Source: Malacoraja senta
Lineage: Eukaryota
Length of the DNA: 64,000 bases
Direction of reading: 5' to 3'
Assembly: GCA_038087875.1 (NCBI GenBank)
Contig: CM075991.1
Location: 3,100,001-3,164,000 of the forward strand
The position numbers and the translations under genes were made by a program. The stretch's first letter is position 1, and each line of letters opens with the position of its first letter. Positions 38,626 to 51,995 of this stretch are shown one piece after another. Under the pieces are notes generated by a model. The model worked only from the letters and a program-made list of their open reading frames with translations. It made no database searches and was not told where the DNA came from.

Positions 38626-40632
38626 GTAAACATCAGCTTTTTCTCTCTTTGTACCGCAGTTTGGTGATTTCCGGGATGCCCTGGGTGTAAATTACTCGGA
38701 CTGACCGCCCGCGGCGAGTGGTGTGAAATTAAATCCAGTGTCTGTCGGTTTTATTCCTTTCCAATTGGAATCAAATTTCAATTCTGGATCTCACATTCTG
38801 GTTTTAATTGAACAAACACAACCAGGAGCATTAAATACTCTCACCCGGTACAATGACGGGGCCAAGAAACAAGCGGCTGGAGGAACTGAGTTGGTGAAGC
38901 AGCGACTGTCGGGGACTGGTGGCAAGAGAGGAATAGGGGGGTTGCACGTAAGGTCATCGGGTCAAAGGGCTTGACACACGGAGCAGCTCCATCCAGGTGG
39001 AGGACATCCGTCACTTCCGGTATATGTTATTAATGCAAGAAACGCTACTTTCCTACCTGTTAAAAACCGCCAAAATTTTGAATTTTTTCGCTGTAAAATA
39101 TTGTGGAAGTCGGGGTAAGTGTGAGAGACATGTACCCAACTTCAGTATTCCAAAAGTGAAGCGAAATGAAGGTAAAGAGAAGCGAGAGTTGAAGGGACAA
39201 CAGCAGCTAAAGTGGTTGGCGAACATTGGCCGTGCAGATATCAAGATTGAAAATATTAGGAATTATCGCGTTTGCTCACTGCATTTCATCAACAGTAAGG
39301 CATTATTTGTGTTTTTTCTTGATTCCTTTGGTGTCCAAAAAGTTTCAGAAGTGATAAATCTGGCTGTAAAATTTTAAAATTGCCCGTGGTTCTCAAGTGG
39401 GTTCTTACATGCACAAAGAAAACGTTTCTGAAGCTAAATTTTTCATTAAAAAAAAATCGCAAACCATACGTGGGTTTTGAATTACATTCTGCTCAGATGC
39501 AAGCCAAGGAATGGCATAATTGTTAGCTGTTAATTGGACATAATCAACCTCAGCAAATTGACAATATCTTTGAGTGGGTGTTTAAGCTGTCAGGACTTTT
39601 TTTTAAATTTTTTTTAAAATTAGAAGCAAACATATTATAAAGTATAGTAACATATTATAGTAAAAAAAAACGTTTCATATACATCAATCATACATTATTA
39701 AAATTTTCAATTCTCGATTAAATCTGCTTCTAGTGTTTTTTTTTATATAGATAGAAAAAGAGAGATAGAAAGAAAAAAGAATGACAAATATTAAAAAAAG
39801 AGAAGGTGGAATGAATTACTTATAATACGTCATTGGCGATAAATTTGTAGGTTATGAAGTATAATTTTACATCTAATGCTGAGTTCAAGCTTCAGTTGGG
39901 TTTTCGTGCTGGGCCAATCTATCCCTTCAAATAGTTAATGAATGGAGCCCATATTTTAACAAAAAGTTCTTGTTTATCCATTAAGACAAGTCTAATTCTT
40001 TCTAGATGTAGGGTCTCCGACATTTCCATAATCCACATTTTAATTGTGGGGGTTATAGGGCCTTTCCAAAATTTTAATATTAATTTTTTCCCAGTTATTA
40101 TACTGTAGTCGAGGAAGTTTCTTTGGCTTGTTGTGAGTGTTAAACTTTGTTCTGATATCCCAAGTATTATTAATTTTGAGTCTGGATCCAATTTAGTATT
40201 AACAACTTCAGAAATTATTTCAAATATATCAGTCCAGAAATTTTTAATTTTTCTACAATTTGCAAAAGTATGTGTTAAATTGGCCTCAAGATGCAGACAT
40301 TTATCACAAATAGGAGAAATATGTGGGAAGATTCTATTTAGGTTTATTTTGGAGTAATGTAATCTGTGTAAGACTTTAAATTGTATTAAAGCATGTCTGG
40401 CATTTAACGAGCATTGATGTATATGTTGTAAACTTTCATCCCAAATATCTTACGTTATAGGATGACCTAACTCATTTTCCCATGTGTGTCTATATAGTTC
40501 CATCGGTGGTACCTCGTTGTTTAAGAGGGTGTTATAAATATAAGCTATTAATTTTTCAGTGTTAGGATGCTTATTCAAACATTCATCAAGAATTTTTGGT
40601 TCCCTAGTCCTATAAACTTGTGTATTAGATTT

Positions 40633-42540
40633 TTTTTTTAAAATATTTTTATTTTATTAGAAGTAAGTACAATCATATGGCACCAAAGTGCCTAATATAT
40701 ATTGACATAATACATTTTATGTACAGCTTCTTATTTTTTTTAAAATTATGATAAAGAGAATAAGAAAAATAAATTAGATAATAAAGGATAGAAAAATGTG
40801 AGATATATAGTGTGTGAAAAAGAAAAAAAAAGAGTGAAAGAAGAAAGTTGAAGAAAAGAAAATAGAAAAAAGAGAGTAAAAAATAAAAAAATAAAAGTAA
40901 GGAGATCATTATTTATAATCTTGACCATCCCTCACCCAGTCCTGGAACAGTTAGCTTCTACAATTATGTTGCACCATATGATTCCAAAAAGACGACAAAT
41001 GGAGACCAACTCGTTAAGAATTGGTCTGATTTATCTATTAGGAGGAATCGCATTTCCTCAAGATGTGTGGTGTCCAACATGCTTGAAATCCACATTTTAA
41101 GCATTGGTATTGGTGTATTTTTCCAAAATTTAAGTATTAGTTTTTTTGCTATTATTAAACCATAATTTAAAAATATATTTTGAGATGAGTTCAATTTATT
41201 CCCATCTTCCATTACTCCAAATATAATCATTTCAGTATTAGGTTCCATTCTTATCTTGCCATAATTTTGTAAATATTTCAAAAATGTCACTCCAAAATTT
41301 ATAAAGTTTTATGCAGGAAACGAAAGAGTGTGTTATAGTTGCGTTTTAGGATAGACATTTACCACAAATGGGGGATATATTTGGATAAAATTTATTCAAT
41401 CTAGTTTTTGAATAATATAATCTATGTAAAATTTTAAATTGAATTAAATTATGTCTTGCATTAATCAAACATTTGTGTATATATATCAAACACTTTTCCC
41501 ATGTAACCTTCGTAATTTTTATCATTAATTCCCGTTCCCACTCTTCTCTAAGTACCTCTGTCGATGGTAGGTCTATATTTAAAATATTATTATATAAATA
41601 TGATATTAATTTTTGTGAGTCAGCCTTAATAATCATTGCTTCTTCCAGTAAATCAAAAGTTATTTTTTTGATATCCTTGTATATATTTCTTCATGAAATC
41701 GCAAATCTGAAGATATTTAAAATATTGGTTGTTTTTCAGTTTCAATTTTAATTGTAATTGTTGGAATGATAATAGATTTCCCATTTCATACATATCACCG
41801 ATGCTTTTAATTCCCAATCTTTCCCATTGGTTATATGTTTTATCAATAAGAGATGGTTTAAATAAAGGATTATTCGCTATTGGTATTAACAATGATAAAT
41901 TTCTTAATTTTAAAGATAATTTTATTTGTTTCCAAATTCTTATTGTATCGTGTATAATTGGGTTCTTCTTATATATTGTGCTGTTCAGTTTTTTCGGGGA
42001 GAAGAGGATCGTTCCTATATTACAAGGAAAACAATCCTCTTTCTCCATTCTTATCCATTCTCGTCTGTCGGGTAAAACTGTCCAACCAGTAAATTATATT
42101 CTTAATATGCACGGCCCAATAGTAATACAAAAAATTCGGGAGTGAAAGTCCCCCGACATCTTTTGGTTTATTTTACATAAGTGGTTTTTTTAATTCTATG
42201 TGATCTATAATCCCAAATAAAATTAGTAATATTAGAGTCTATTTAAAAAAATATATATATTGGTATATATAATGGTATAGACTGAAATAGGTATAATAAT
42301 TGTGGTAGAAAGATCATTTTTATAGCATCTATTCTACCTATTAATGATAAAGGAAGTGTTTTCCAAAATTTAATCAACATATTGAGTTTATTTAATAAAG
42401 GCATAAAATTAGCGTTGAATAATGCTTTATATTTTCTAGTAATTTGAATACCCAAATATTTAAATTTTTCTGTTGCCATTTTAAAGGGGAACTTCAATAA
42501 GTGTGTAGATTCTTGAGGTTTTAACATCATGATTTCACTT
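40633..42540 (-). mobile_element. Second, divergent 5'-truncated L1 nested in the first
   Basis: Own tail and ORF2 C-terminus; 15-bp TSD TTGTGTATTAGATTT at 40618-40632 and 42541-42555. Confidence 0.88.
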
Positions 42541-44494
42541 TTGTGTATTAGATTTAACATGATCTCTAATTTGTAGATATCTGAAGAAATTATTTGAGTG
42601 CAGTCCATGATTCTGTTGTAACTCTTGAAATGAAAGAAAGATGCCTTTCCTATAAAGATGTCCAATCTTATTAATTCCATAATTTTTCCATTGTGTGAAA
42701 CCTTTATCCAATATGGATGGCTTGAATAAAGGATTATTTACAATGGGAAGACATAGTGGTATATTATTCAGTTTCAAAGCTTTTTTTAATTGTTTCCAAA
42801 TTCGTATTCCACTATGTATTATAGGGTTTTCATAGGTTTTTTTATGCAGTTTTGTGGGAGAAAATATAATCGAACCAATTTCAAAAGGTAAACAATCTTC
42901 CTTTTCCATCCTTAACCAATCTGGTTGTTGATCCATTTCTTCCAGCCAGAAATACATGTTTTTAATATGGACTGCCCAGAAATAAAATAAGAAATTTGGC
43001 AAGGCCAAACCTCCATTGCTCTTTGACATACATAAATGTTTTTTTACTTATTCTATGATTCTTATAATCCCAAATAAAGCTTGTAACAATGGAATCGACT
43101 TTTTTGAAAAAGTTTTTTGGGATATATATCGGAATTAATTGAAATAGGTACAGTAGTTGCGGTAAGAAGATCATTTTTATAGCATTAATTCTACCAAGCA
43201 TTGAAATGGGAAGTGTTTTCCAGTACTGAATATTCTTGTGTAATTTATTCAGTAGGGGTGGAAAATTTAGTTTAAATAAAGAGGTATATGTCTTAGTTAT
43301 GTAGATTCTGATATATTTAAATTTATCTTTAACTATTTTAAAAGGGGATTGCTGTAATGTATGTAAATTGAATTTTGTTATTGGCATGATTTCACTTTTA
43401 TTCCAGTTAATTCTATATCCTGTGAACTGACCAAATTGAGTTATTAGATTTAATAGATTTGGAATACTAATAGATTTGGAATACTTATTCTAACTTTGTA
43501 ATATATATTAGTACATCATTTGCATATAAAGAAATTTTATTCCTTGTGTCTCTGGTGTTGTACCCGTGTATTCCTGGATGGGTTCTAATGCTTTCTGCTA
43601 ATGGTTCAATTGCAAGAGCAAGTAATAGTGGGGATAGTGAACATCCTTGTCTGCAACCTCTAGAAAGATTAAATTTAGCTGATAACATTTGGTTTGTTAA
43701 TATTCTAGCTGTCGGGTTAGAGTATAACAATTTAACCCATGTACAGTACTTCTCTCCCAGTTGAAATTTTTCCATTACCGAAAATAAACATGACCATTCT
43801 ACCTGGTCAAATGCTTTTTCAGCATCTAACAAAATAATTGCTAGATCTGCATTAGGAATTATATTTGAGTATATAATATTGAATAGTCTTCTCAAATTAT
43901 AAAATGAGTACCGTTTTGGAATAAAACCTGTTTGGTCGGGGTGTATTAATTTGTTAATCACTAAGCTCAATCTATGAGATAGGATTATGGTTAATATTTT
44001 CTGATCAGTATTTAAGAGAGCTATTGCTCTATATGAACCTGGGTCTTCATGATCCTTATCCGTTTTTGGTATAAGTATGATTGTAGTTTCTGTTGAGTGT
44101 AAGCGTATTTGTACAGTGTCTGTAGGCGTGGAGAAATCAGATCATCAAATTTTTAATAATATTCAGAGCTTAGACCATCAGGACCTGCGGCCTTTCCATT
44201 TTTTAAAGATCTAATTGTCTCTTCGATGTCTTTTACCGTAATTTCAGCATCTAGTGATTCTCTCTCTTTCTGATCTAAGCCCGTAAGATTACATTTCTGT
44301 AGAAATGTTTCCATTCCTGCTGATTGTTCTGTCGTTTTAGATGAGTACAGTTTTTGATAGTATTGTAAAAATCTATCATTAATATCTTTAGGCAGTGTTA
44401 ATGTTTCTCCCTTGTCTGATCTAATTTTGTAAATTGTTTTTTCGCCGTCCAGTTTACGAAGTTGACGCGCAAATAGTTTTTGTGGTTTATCACC

Positions 44495-45148
44495 ATAGAA
44501 ACATAGAAACATAGAAACATAGAAACATAGAAACATAGAAAATAGGTGCAGGAGTAAGGAATTCGGCCCTTCGAGCCTGCACCGCCATTCGATATGATCA
44601 TGGCTGATCATCCAACTCAGTATCCTGTACCTGCTTTCTCTCCATACCCCCTGATCCCTTTAGCCACAAGGGCCACATCTAACTCCCTCTTAAATATAGC
44701 CAATGAACTGGCCTCAACTACCTTCTGTGGCAGAGAATTCCAGAGATTCACCACTCTCTGTGTGAAAAATGTTTTCCTCATCTCGGTCCTAGAAGCTTTC
44801 CCCCTTATCCTTAAACTGTGACCCCTTGTTCTGGACTTCCCCAACATCGGGAACAATCTTCCTGCATCTAGCCTGTCCAACCCCTTAAGAATTTGTACGT
44901 TTCTATAAGATCCCCCCTCATTCTTCTAAATTCTAGCGAGTACAAACCGAGTCTATCCAATCTTTCTTCATTTGAAAGTCCTGACATCCCAGGAATCAGT
45001 CTGGTGAACCTTCTCTGTACTCCCTCTATGGCAAGAATGTCTTTCCTCAGATTAGGAGACCAAAACTGTATGCAATACTCCATGTGTGGTCTCACCAAGA
45101 CCCTGTACAACTGCAGTAGAACCTCCCTGCTCCTTTACTCAAATCCTT
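44495..45148 (-). mobile_element. Well-preserved 5'-truncated CR1 nested in L1
   Basis: (CATAGAAA)5 tail; CR1 RT C-terminus; interrupts the L1 peptide QLNFEF|GDKPQKL. Confidence 0.92.
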
Positions 45149-46706
45149 TCAAAATTTCAAATCAAATTCAAAATTTAATTGTTTTGTATGTTGATAACTT
45201 GGTCTGAGTATATCTTGTTTAACTTATTATTTTATTATTTTATTATTTGCCAAAATATATATCTCAATAGCACAATGATAGAAAACTAATTTTCCCACAC
45301 ACCATTGGTAAGTCTGGAGATGTTTTTAATCATAAATTTAGCTTCAGAAGCGTTTTCTATTTGCATGTAAAAACCCACTTGAGAACCATGGGCAATTTTA
45401 ACATTTTATGGTCAGATTTATCACTTCTGAAACTTTTTAGATACCAAAGGAATCAAGAAAAAACACAAATAACGTCTCACTGTTGATGAAATGCTGTGAG
45501 CAAACGTGATAATTCCCAATATTTTCAATCTTGATATCTGCACGGCCAATGTTCGCCAACCACTTTAGCTGTTGTTGTTCCTTCACCCGTCGCTTCTCTC
45601 TACCAACATTTCTCCTCACTTTTGGAATTCTGAAGTAGGATAAATGTCTCCCCCGATTTCCACAATTATTTACAGTGACAAAATTGACCATTTCGACGGT
45701 TTTTAACAGGTAAGAAAGTACCCGTTTTGTGTGTTAAAAGTGTGTGCCGTAGGCTGCCATGTCCTCCAGACGGATTGAGCTGCTCCGTGCGTCATGCCCT
45801 TTGACCCGATGACCTTACATGCAACCCCCCTATTATCAACACTCTCAGTCCTGCTGCAGGGGCTCGACCCCGAACGTCCACAGTTCCTCTCCCCCACAGA
45901 TGCTGCTCCACCCTCTGAGATGCTCCAGCAGTTTTTTTTGCACCAGGTTCCATCATCTGCCGTCTCTCGTCAATAGTGCGTTTTATTGTCACATATATTA
46001 GTTGTTAACACAGTGAAATTATTTTCCTTACAAACAGTCCAGTGGAGTAATACCATACCCCCGATCCCCAATTAGCAAGTGTACAGGAATCATCTACCGA
46101 GCCACATGCAGGAGGAGCCATGTTCTGGTGCCATGTTCAAAATCCGGGCTCTAGTTCTAACGAGCGGTGCCTGTTCCAGGCAAGTCCCAGGCTGTTGCTG
46201 GCCTCCAGCCGCCTACGACCTTGGACGCCACGTCGCTCTCTTCACCCATCCTTTGTTGCCCAGGGTGCCTCCTGCAGCCGATCACGAGGGCGGGGTAAGC
46301 CCGACCCTGGTTCCCTCTCCTTTCCTCTCCAACTGGCCTTGCTCCTCGCCCGGACATCACTGGCTCCATCCTCCGGCAGACGAGCGGAGGCCAGCACAGC
46401 AGCTCCCCCCTCCCGGTTTCTATGTCTATGTTTCTATGGAAAGTCTGCAACTTCATTAACCTGGCAGAGAAAATGCAATGCAATTCGTTCAGGCTGAAAT
46501 GAAGTGTCGCAGTCACAGAGGGAATGAACGAATAATGTGCTAGAGGAAATGGTTATGGTGCTGGATATGGGGTCAGTAAGTGAACTGCTTTCCCCTGATT
46601 TGTTCTCAAACTTCCTGAGTATTATCAGTTGACCCATGAAAGCCTTCCTGGACATTCCTGAATGCTGCCTTTTAGATGATAGAAAGATGTTGAGGAGCCA
46701 ACAGAT

Positions 46707-47175
46707 AGATACAAAAAGCTGGAGTAACTCAGCGGGACGGGCAGCATCTCTGGAGAGAAGGAGTGGGTGACGTTTCGGGTCGAGACCCTTCTTCAGACCC
46801 GAAATGTCACCCATTCCTTCTCTGCAGAGATGATGCCTCACCCGCTGAGGTACACCAGCATTTTGTCTCTACCTTTGATTTTACCAGCATGTGCAGTTCT
46901 TTCTTACACATACTGCCTGTCCCACTGAGTTTCTCCAGCTTTTTGTGTCTATTTTCTATTTAAACCAGCACCTTTGTGTAAGCAGGAACTGCAGATGCTC
47001 GTTTAAACTGAGAATAGACACAAAAAGCTGGAGTAACTCAGTGAGAGAAGCTGCATCTCTGGATAGAAGAAATGGGTGACGTTTTGGATCGAGATTCTTG
47101 GTCACCTATTCCTTCTCTACAGAGATAGTGTCTGTCCCGCTGAGCTACTCCAGCTTTTTGTGTTTATCTGCAGTT
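46707..47175. repeat. Inverted Penelope pLTR pairs; best hammerhead core at 46769-46796 (-)
   Basis: Arms 46707-46780 and 46797-46870 are reverse complements; minus strand reads CUGAAGA-A-GGGU CUCG ACCC-GAAAC-GUC; a second pair lies at ~47015-47165. Confidence 0.75.
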
Positions 47176-48189
47176 CCTTGTTGAGTCATTTGGCTCCATT
47201 GAAGTAAATTCTCACCCGGTGTTTTAGCCACTGCATTTATGTGCAATGTCTGGTTCAGCTTTGGTCACTTTGCTCCCATGTTACAGATAATGTGATGTAG
47301 CGGCTCAGACTGTCAAAGCGAGATGGCTAGAGCTTCACTCACTGTAGTGCTGGCACTTGTGTGGTATGAAAGCTTTGCGCTAGCATGAGTGCTCGCCTGA
47401 TTCCTACCAAGGCTTTGCATCACTCCTTTGGGAAATGAGAACAGAAATGAGCATTGTCGAAATCATCAGTAATGTCACACTACTTATGAAAAGATGGAAA
47501 ACTGTCTTTGAAAATGGAACTAAGTAGTGAGAGCTTAGGAGATTGCCTTTATATCCTTCACCATCTCTCTCGTCTCATTATGGATAATGTCTTCTGTGAC
47601 TGTTTGGCAGAAGGCCACTGTGAGGTTTGCACCTCCCTGGTTCTGTCAAAAGCCCATCTTACAGTCTGAAGAATGGTCTGTCCCCAACCTGGATTTGAAT
47701 TAGGGGTCATTGGCATCAGTATTGGGGAAGGAGGGAAATGTTACGATGGACGGACCCCAGTTGAACCCTGCTGGTACCAGGGTCCTGGGGAAGCGCATAA
47801 CTGCGGCCTAGGCCGTAAATAGTGGGAGGAAAGGGAGGGGTTAACAAATTGGAAATGTGCAGATGAAGCTGAAGGGAGGGAAATTGCAGGAGGAATTGCT
47901 GAAGAGTCTCGAAGTAAGGGGCAGAAAGTTTAAGAAGGGGTTAGTGCCTAAGGTCAGGCAAAATGGGGACCAATGTGAGAAGAAGGGGAGTGAATACTGA
48001 ACAAAAAATTGTTAGATTCAAATGCCCACATTATATGGAAGAAAGTGGATGAGCTTATAGCTCAGATAGAAGTTGGTAGGTACGACTTTGTGGGCATCAC
48101 AGAGATGTGGATGAAAGAGGATAAGAGCTGGGAATGGAATATGCAATGTTACACATCCTATCCAAATCACAGACAAGTGGGCAGAGGGA

Positions 48190-50680
48190 AACATGGAAAA
48201 TAGGTGCAGGAGGAGGCCATTCGGCCCTTCGATCCAGCACCTCCATTCATTGTGATCATGGCTGATCGTCCCCTATCAATAACCCGTGCCTGCCTTCTCC
48301 CCTGCCTGATTCCACTAGCCCCTAGAGCTCTATCAAACTCTCTCTTAAATCCATCCAGTGATTTGGCCTCCACTGCCCTCTGTGGCAGGGAATTCCATAA
48401 ATTCACAACTCTCTGGGTAAAAAAGTTTTTTCTCACCTCAGTCTTAAATGACCTCCCCTTTATTCTTAGACTGTGGCCCCTGGTTCTGGATTCGCCCAAC
48501 ATTGGGAACATTTTTCCTGCATTTTCCTGCATCTATATTCCTGCAGTCCTTTTATAATTTTATATGTTTCTATAAGATACCCCCTCATCCTTCTAAACTC
48601 CCGTGAATACAAGCCTAGTCTTTTCAATCTTTCCTCATTTGACAGTCCCGCCATCCCAGGGATCAATCTCGTGAACCTACGCTGCACTGCCTCAATCACA
48701 AGGTTGTCCTTCCTCAAATTAGGAGACCAAAACTGTACACAATACTCCAGATGTGGTCTCACCAGAGCCCTATACAACTGCAGAAGAACCTCTTTACTCC
48801 TGTGCTGAAATCCTCTTGTTATGAAGGCCAACATTCCATTAGTTTTCTTCACTGCCTGCTGTACCTGTAAGCCAACTTTCGGTGACCGGTGTACAAGGTC
48901 GTCCAGGTCTCGCTGCACCTCCCCCTTTCCTAACCTAACCCCATTCAGATAATACTCTGCCCCCTTGTTTTTGCTGCCAAAGTGGATAACCTCACATTTA
49001 TCTACATTATACTGCATCTGCCATGCATCTGCCCACTCACTCAACCTGTCCAGGTCACCCTGCAACCTCCTAACATCCTCTTCACAGTTCACACTGCCAC
49101 TCAGCTTTGTGTCATCTGGAAACTTGCTAGTGTTGCTCCTAATTCCCTCTTCCAAATCATTAATATATATAGTAAACTGTTGCGGCCCCAACACCGAGCC
49201 TTGCGACACTCCACTCGCCACTGCCTGCCATTCTGAAAAGGATCCATTCAATCCTAGTCTTTGCTTCCTGTCTGCCAACCAATTTTCTATTCATGTCAAC
49301 ACCCTATCCCCAATACCATGTGCTCTAATTTTAGTCACCAGTCTCCCGTGCGGGACCTTATCAAAGGCTTTCTGAAAGTCTAGATATACTACATCCACTG
49401 GCACCCCTTCATCCATTTTACTTGTCACATCCTCAAAAAATTCCCTTCATACTTCATGATTTCCCTTTCAGAAATCCATGTTGACTTGGACTAATCCTTT
49501 TACTGCTATCCAAATGCCCCATTATTACCTCTTTAATAATTGACTCCAGCATCTTTCCCACCACCGAAGTCAGGCTAACTGGTCTGTAATTCCCTGTTTT
49601 CTCTCTCGCTCCTTTCTTGAAAAGTGGGATAACATTAGCTATCCTCCAATCCACAGGAACTGATCCTGAATCTATTGAACATTGGAAAATGATCACCAAT
49701 GCGTCCACTATTTCTAGAGCCACCTCCCTGAGGACCCTGGGATGCAGACCATCAGGCCCAGGGGATTTATCATCCTTCAGTCCCATTAGTCTACCCAATA
49801 TTATTTCTCGCCTGATGAAAATGTATTTCCGTTCCTCTACCCCCTTAGATCCTCTGTCCTCCAGTACATCTGGGAGATTGCTTGTGTCTTCCTTAGTGAA
49901 GACAGATCCGAAGTACCTATTCAACTCTTCTGCCATTTCTTTGTTGCCCATAATAATTTCACCCGTGTCTGCCTTCAAGGGACCCACATTTGACAATGCT
50001 ACTCTTTTTCCCTTAACATATCTAAAGAAGATTTTACTGTCCTTCTTTATATTCCTGGCCAGCTTCCCTTCATACTTCATCTTTTCAGCCCGTATTGACC
50101 GTTTTGTTTCCTTCTGTTGTCTTATGAAAGTTTCCCAATCCTCTAGCTTCCGGCTACTCTTTGCTGTGTTATACATCTTTTCTTTTAGTTTTATTCTATC
50201 CCTAACTTCTCTTGTCAGCCACGGTTGCCTCCTACTCCCCTTAGAATCTTTCTTCCGTTTTGGAATGAAATGATCCTGCGTCTTGCGGAATATGCCCTGC
50301 ATATTGAAATCCCCCATTACCACAGTGGCATTACCTTTGTTACATGCCAGTTTTAACTCCTGCTGCAACTTACACCCTACATCCGGGCTACTATTTGGGG
50401 GTCTGTAAATAACACCACTTAGTGTCTTCTTGCCTTTACAATTCCTCAACTCATTCCACAGTGACTCTACCTCGTCAGTCCCTATGTCTTCCCTCGCAAG
50501 GGACTGAATTCCATCCCTCACCAGCAGAGCTACCCCCCCTCCTCTGCCCACCTGCCTGTCCTTTCTATAGGATGTATAACCCTGAATATTAAGTTCCCAA
50601 GCACAATCATCCTGCAGCCACGTCTCAGTAATCCCCACAATGTCATATCTACCAACCTTTAACTGAGCCTCAAGCTCAAG
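48190..50680 (-). mobile_element. CR1 ORF2 (endonuclease and RT) with internal deletions and frameshifts
   Basis: GITETWL, GGGVALLV, YRPP, VMGDFN, KSPGPDG, NYRPVSLTS, GVSQGSVLGP and KFPDDTKL. Confidence 0.92.
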
Positions 50681-50886
50681 CTCATCAAGCTCTTCTGGTC
50701 AGGAATGAAATTCAGTCCTCAGCAACGGTGGACATAGGATCAGAAGATGTAGAATCTTTGTAGGTAGAGCTAAGGAACTGCAAGGGCAACAAGAGCCTGA
50801 TGGGAATTATATCGACTCTGGACAGTAGCCAGGATTGAGGGTACAAATGACATCATGTGATACAAGAAAGGCAGTGTTACAGTGGT

Positions 50887-51362
50887 AGACACAAAATGCT
50901 GGAGTAACTCAGCGGGACAGGCAGCATCTCTGGCGAGAAGGAATGGGTGACTTTGAGTCGAGACCCTTCTTCAGACTGATGTCAGAGGAGTGAGCGATAC
51001 AAAGATAATATGTAGTCGGAGACAGTAAGACTGGTCGGAGAACTGGGAAAGGGAGGGGATGGAGAGAGAGGGAAAGCAAGGGCTATTTGAAATTAGAGAA
51101 TTTAATGTTCATACCGCTGGGGTGTTGGCTGCCCAAGCAAAATATGATGTGCTGTTCCTCCAATTTGTGCTGGGCCTCACTCTGACAATGGAGGAGGCCC
51201 AGGACAGAAAGGTCTGTGGGAATGGGAGGGGGGGTTATAGTGTTTAGCAACTGGGAGACCAGATAGGTTTAGGCGGACTGAGCGGAGGTATTCAGTGAAA
51301 CAATCGCCTAGCCTGCACTTGGTCTCGCCAATATACAGGAGTCCACACCTTGGAACAGCAAA
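50887..51362 (-). mobile_element. 5'-truncated Penelope-like element (GIY-YIG endonuclease C-terminus and pLTR) inserted in a CR1
   Basis: RCGLLYIGETK.RL.D.F.E.LRSVR...LPVAKH.N..SH; hammerhead-like core at ~50949-50976; 12-bp TSD TGTTACAGTGGT at 50875-50886 and 51363-51374. Confidence 0.85.
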
Positions 51363-51679
51363 TGTTACAGTGGTCATGGGAGATTTCAATATGCAGGTAG
51401 ACTGGGAAATCAGGTTGGTACTGCACCTCAAGGGAGTGAATTTGTAGAGAGCCTTCGAGATAGCTTCATAGAGCAGCTTGTAGTGGAAAGTAACGGCAAT
51501 TCTGGATTTGGTGTAGTGTAATGAGCCAGATTTGATATGGGAGTTTAAAGTAGAGGTATCCTCAGAAGGTAATGAGCATAATATGATAAAATTCAGCCTG
51601 CAGTTTGAGAAAGGGAGGATGGAATCCGATGTGTCGGTATTATCGGTATATGTCGGTAGCATAATCATGTGGGCGGCTG

Positions 51680-51995
51680 CGTTGCATAGTGGCGCAGCGG
51701 TAGAGGTGCTGCCTCACAGCGCTTTCAACGCTAGAGACCCAGGTTCGATCCCGACTATGGGTGCTGTCTGTGTGGATTTGCTACATTCTCCCGGTGACCG
51801 TAGGTTTCCTCTGAGATCATCGGTTTCCTCCCACACTCCAAAGATGTACAGGTTTGTAGGTTAATTGGCTTGGTATAACTGTAATTTGTCCCTATTGTAT
51901 GTAGGATAGTGTTATGATGCGGTGATCGTTGGTTGGCGAAGACTCGGCAGGCGTAAGGGCCTGTTTCTGTGCTGTATCTCTAAACAAAACCAAAT
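51680..51995 (+). mobile_element. tRNA-derived V-SINE (HE1-like)
   Basis: A box tggcgcagcgg, B box ggttcgatccc, V-domain ggtttcctcccacactccaaaga, CR1-like tail gggcctgtttc.gtgctgtatctctaaac; a partial minus-strand copy lies at ~53095-53290. Confidence 0.85.

Larger units (their letters stand above)
39598..45230 (-). mobile_element. 5'-truncated L1 (same family as 1-5930) carrying a nested L1 and a nested CR1
   Basis: Poly-T tail at ~39598; ORF2 pieces 39919-40617, 42541-44494 and 45149-45230 are colinear and similar to the 3226-5559 protein. Confidence 0.88.
38935..45831. mobile_element. THAP-coding DNA transposon (ISL2EU/Harbinger-like) with ~510-bp inverted arms; centre filled by L1 and CR1 insertions
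   Basis: AT|AGGGGGGTTGCA at 38935 and TGCAACCCCCCT|AT at 45831; both arms encode C..F.IP..W...I.R....VCS.HF (THAP). Confidence 0.72.

Noticed and set aside
51685..51760. tRNA gene
   Set aside because: The A and B boxes belong to the SINE head and are followed by the V-domain and a LINE-like tail
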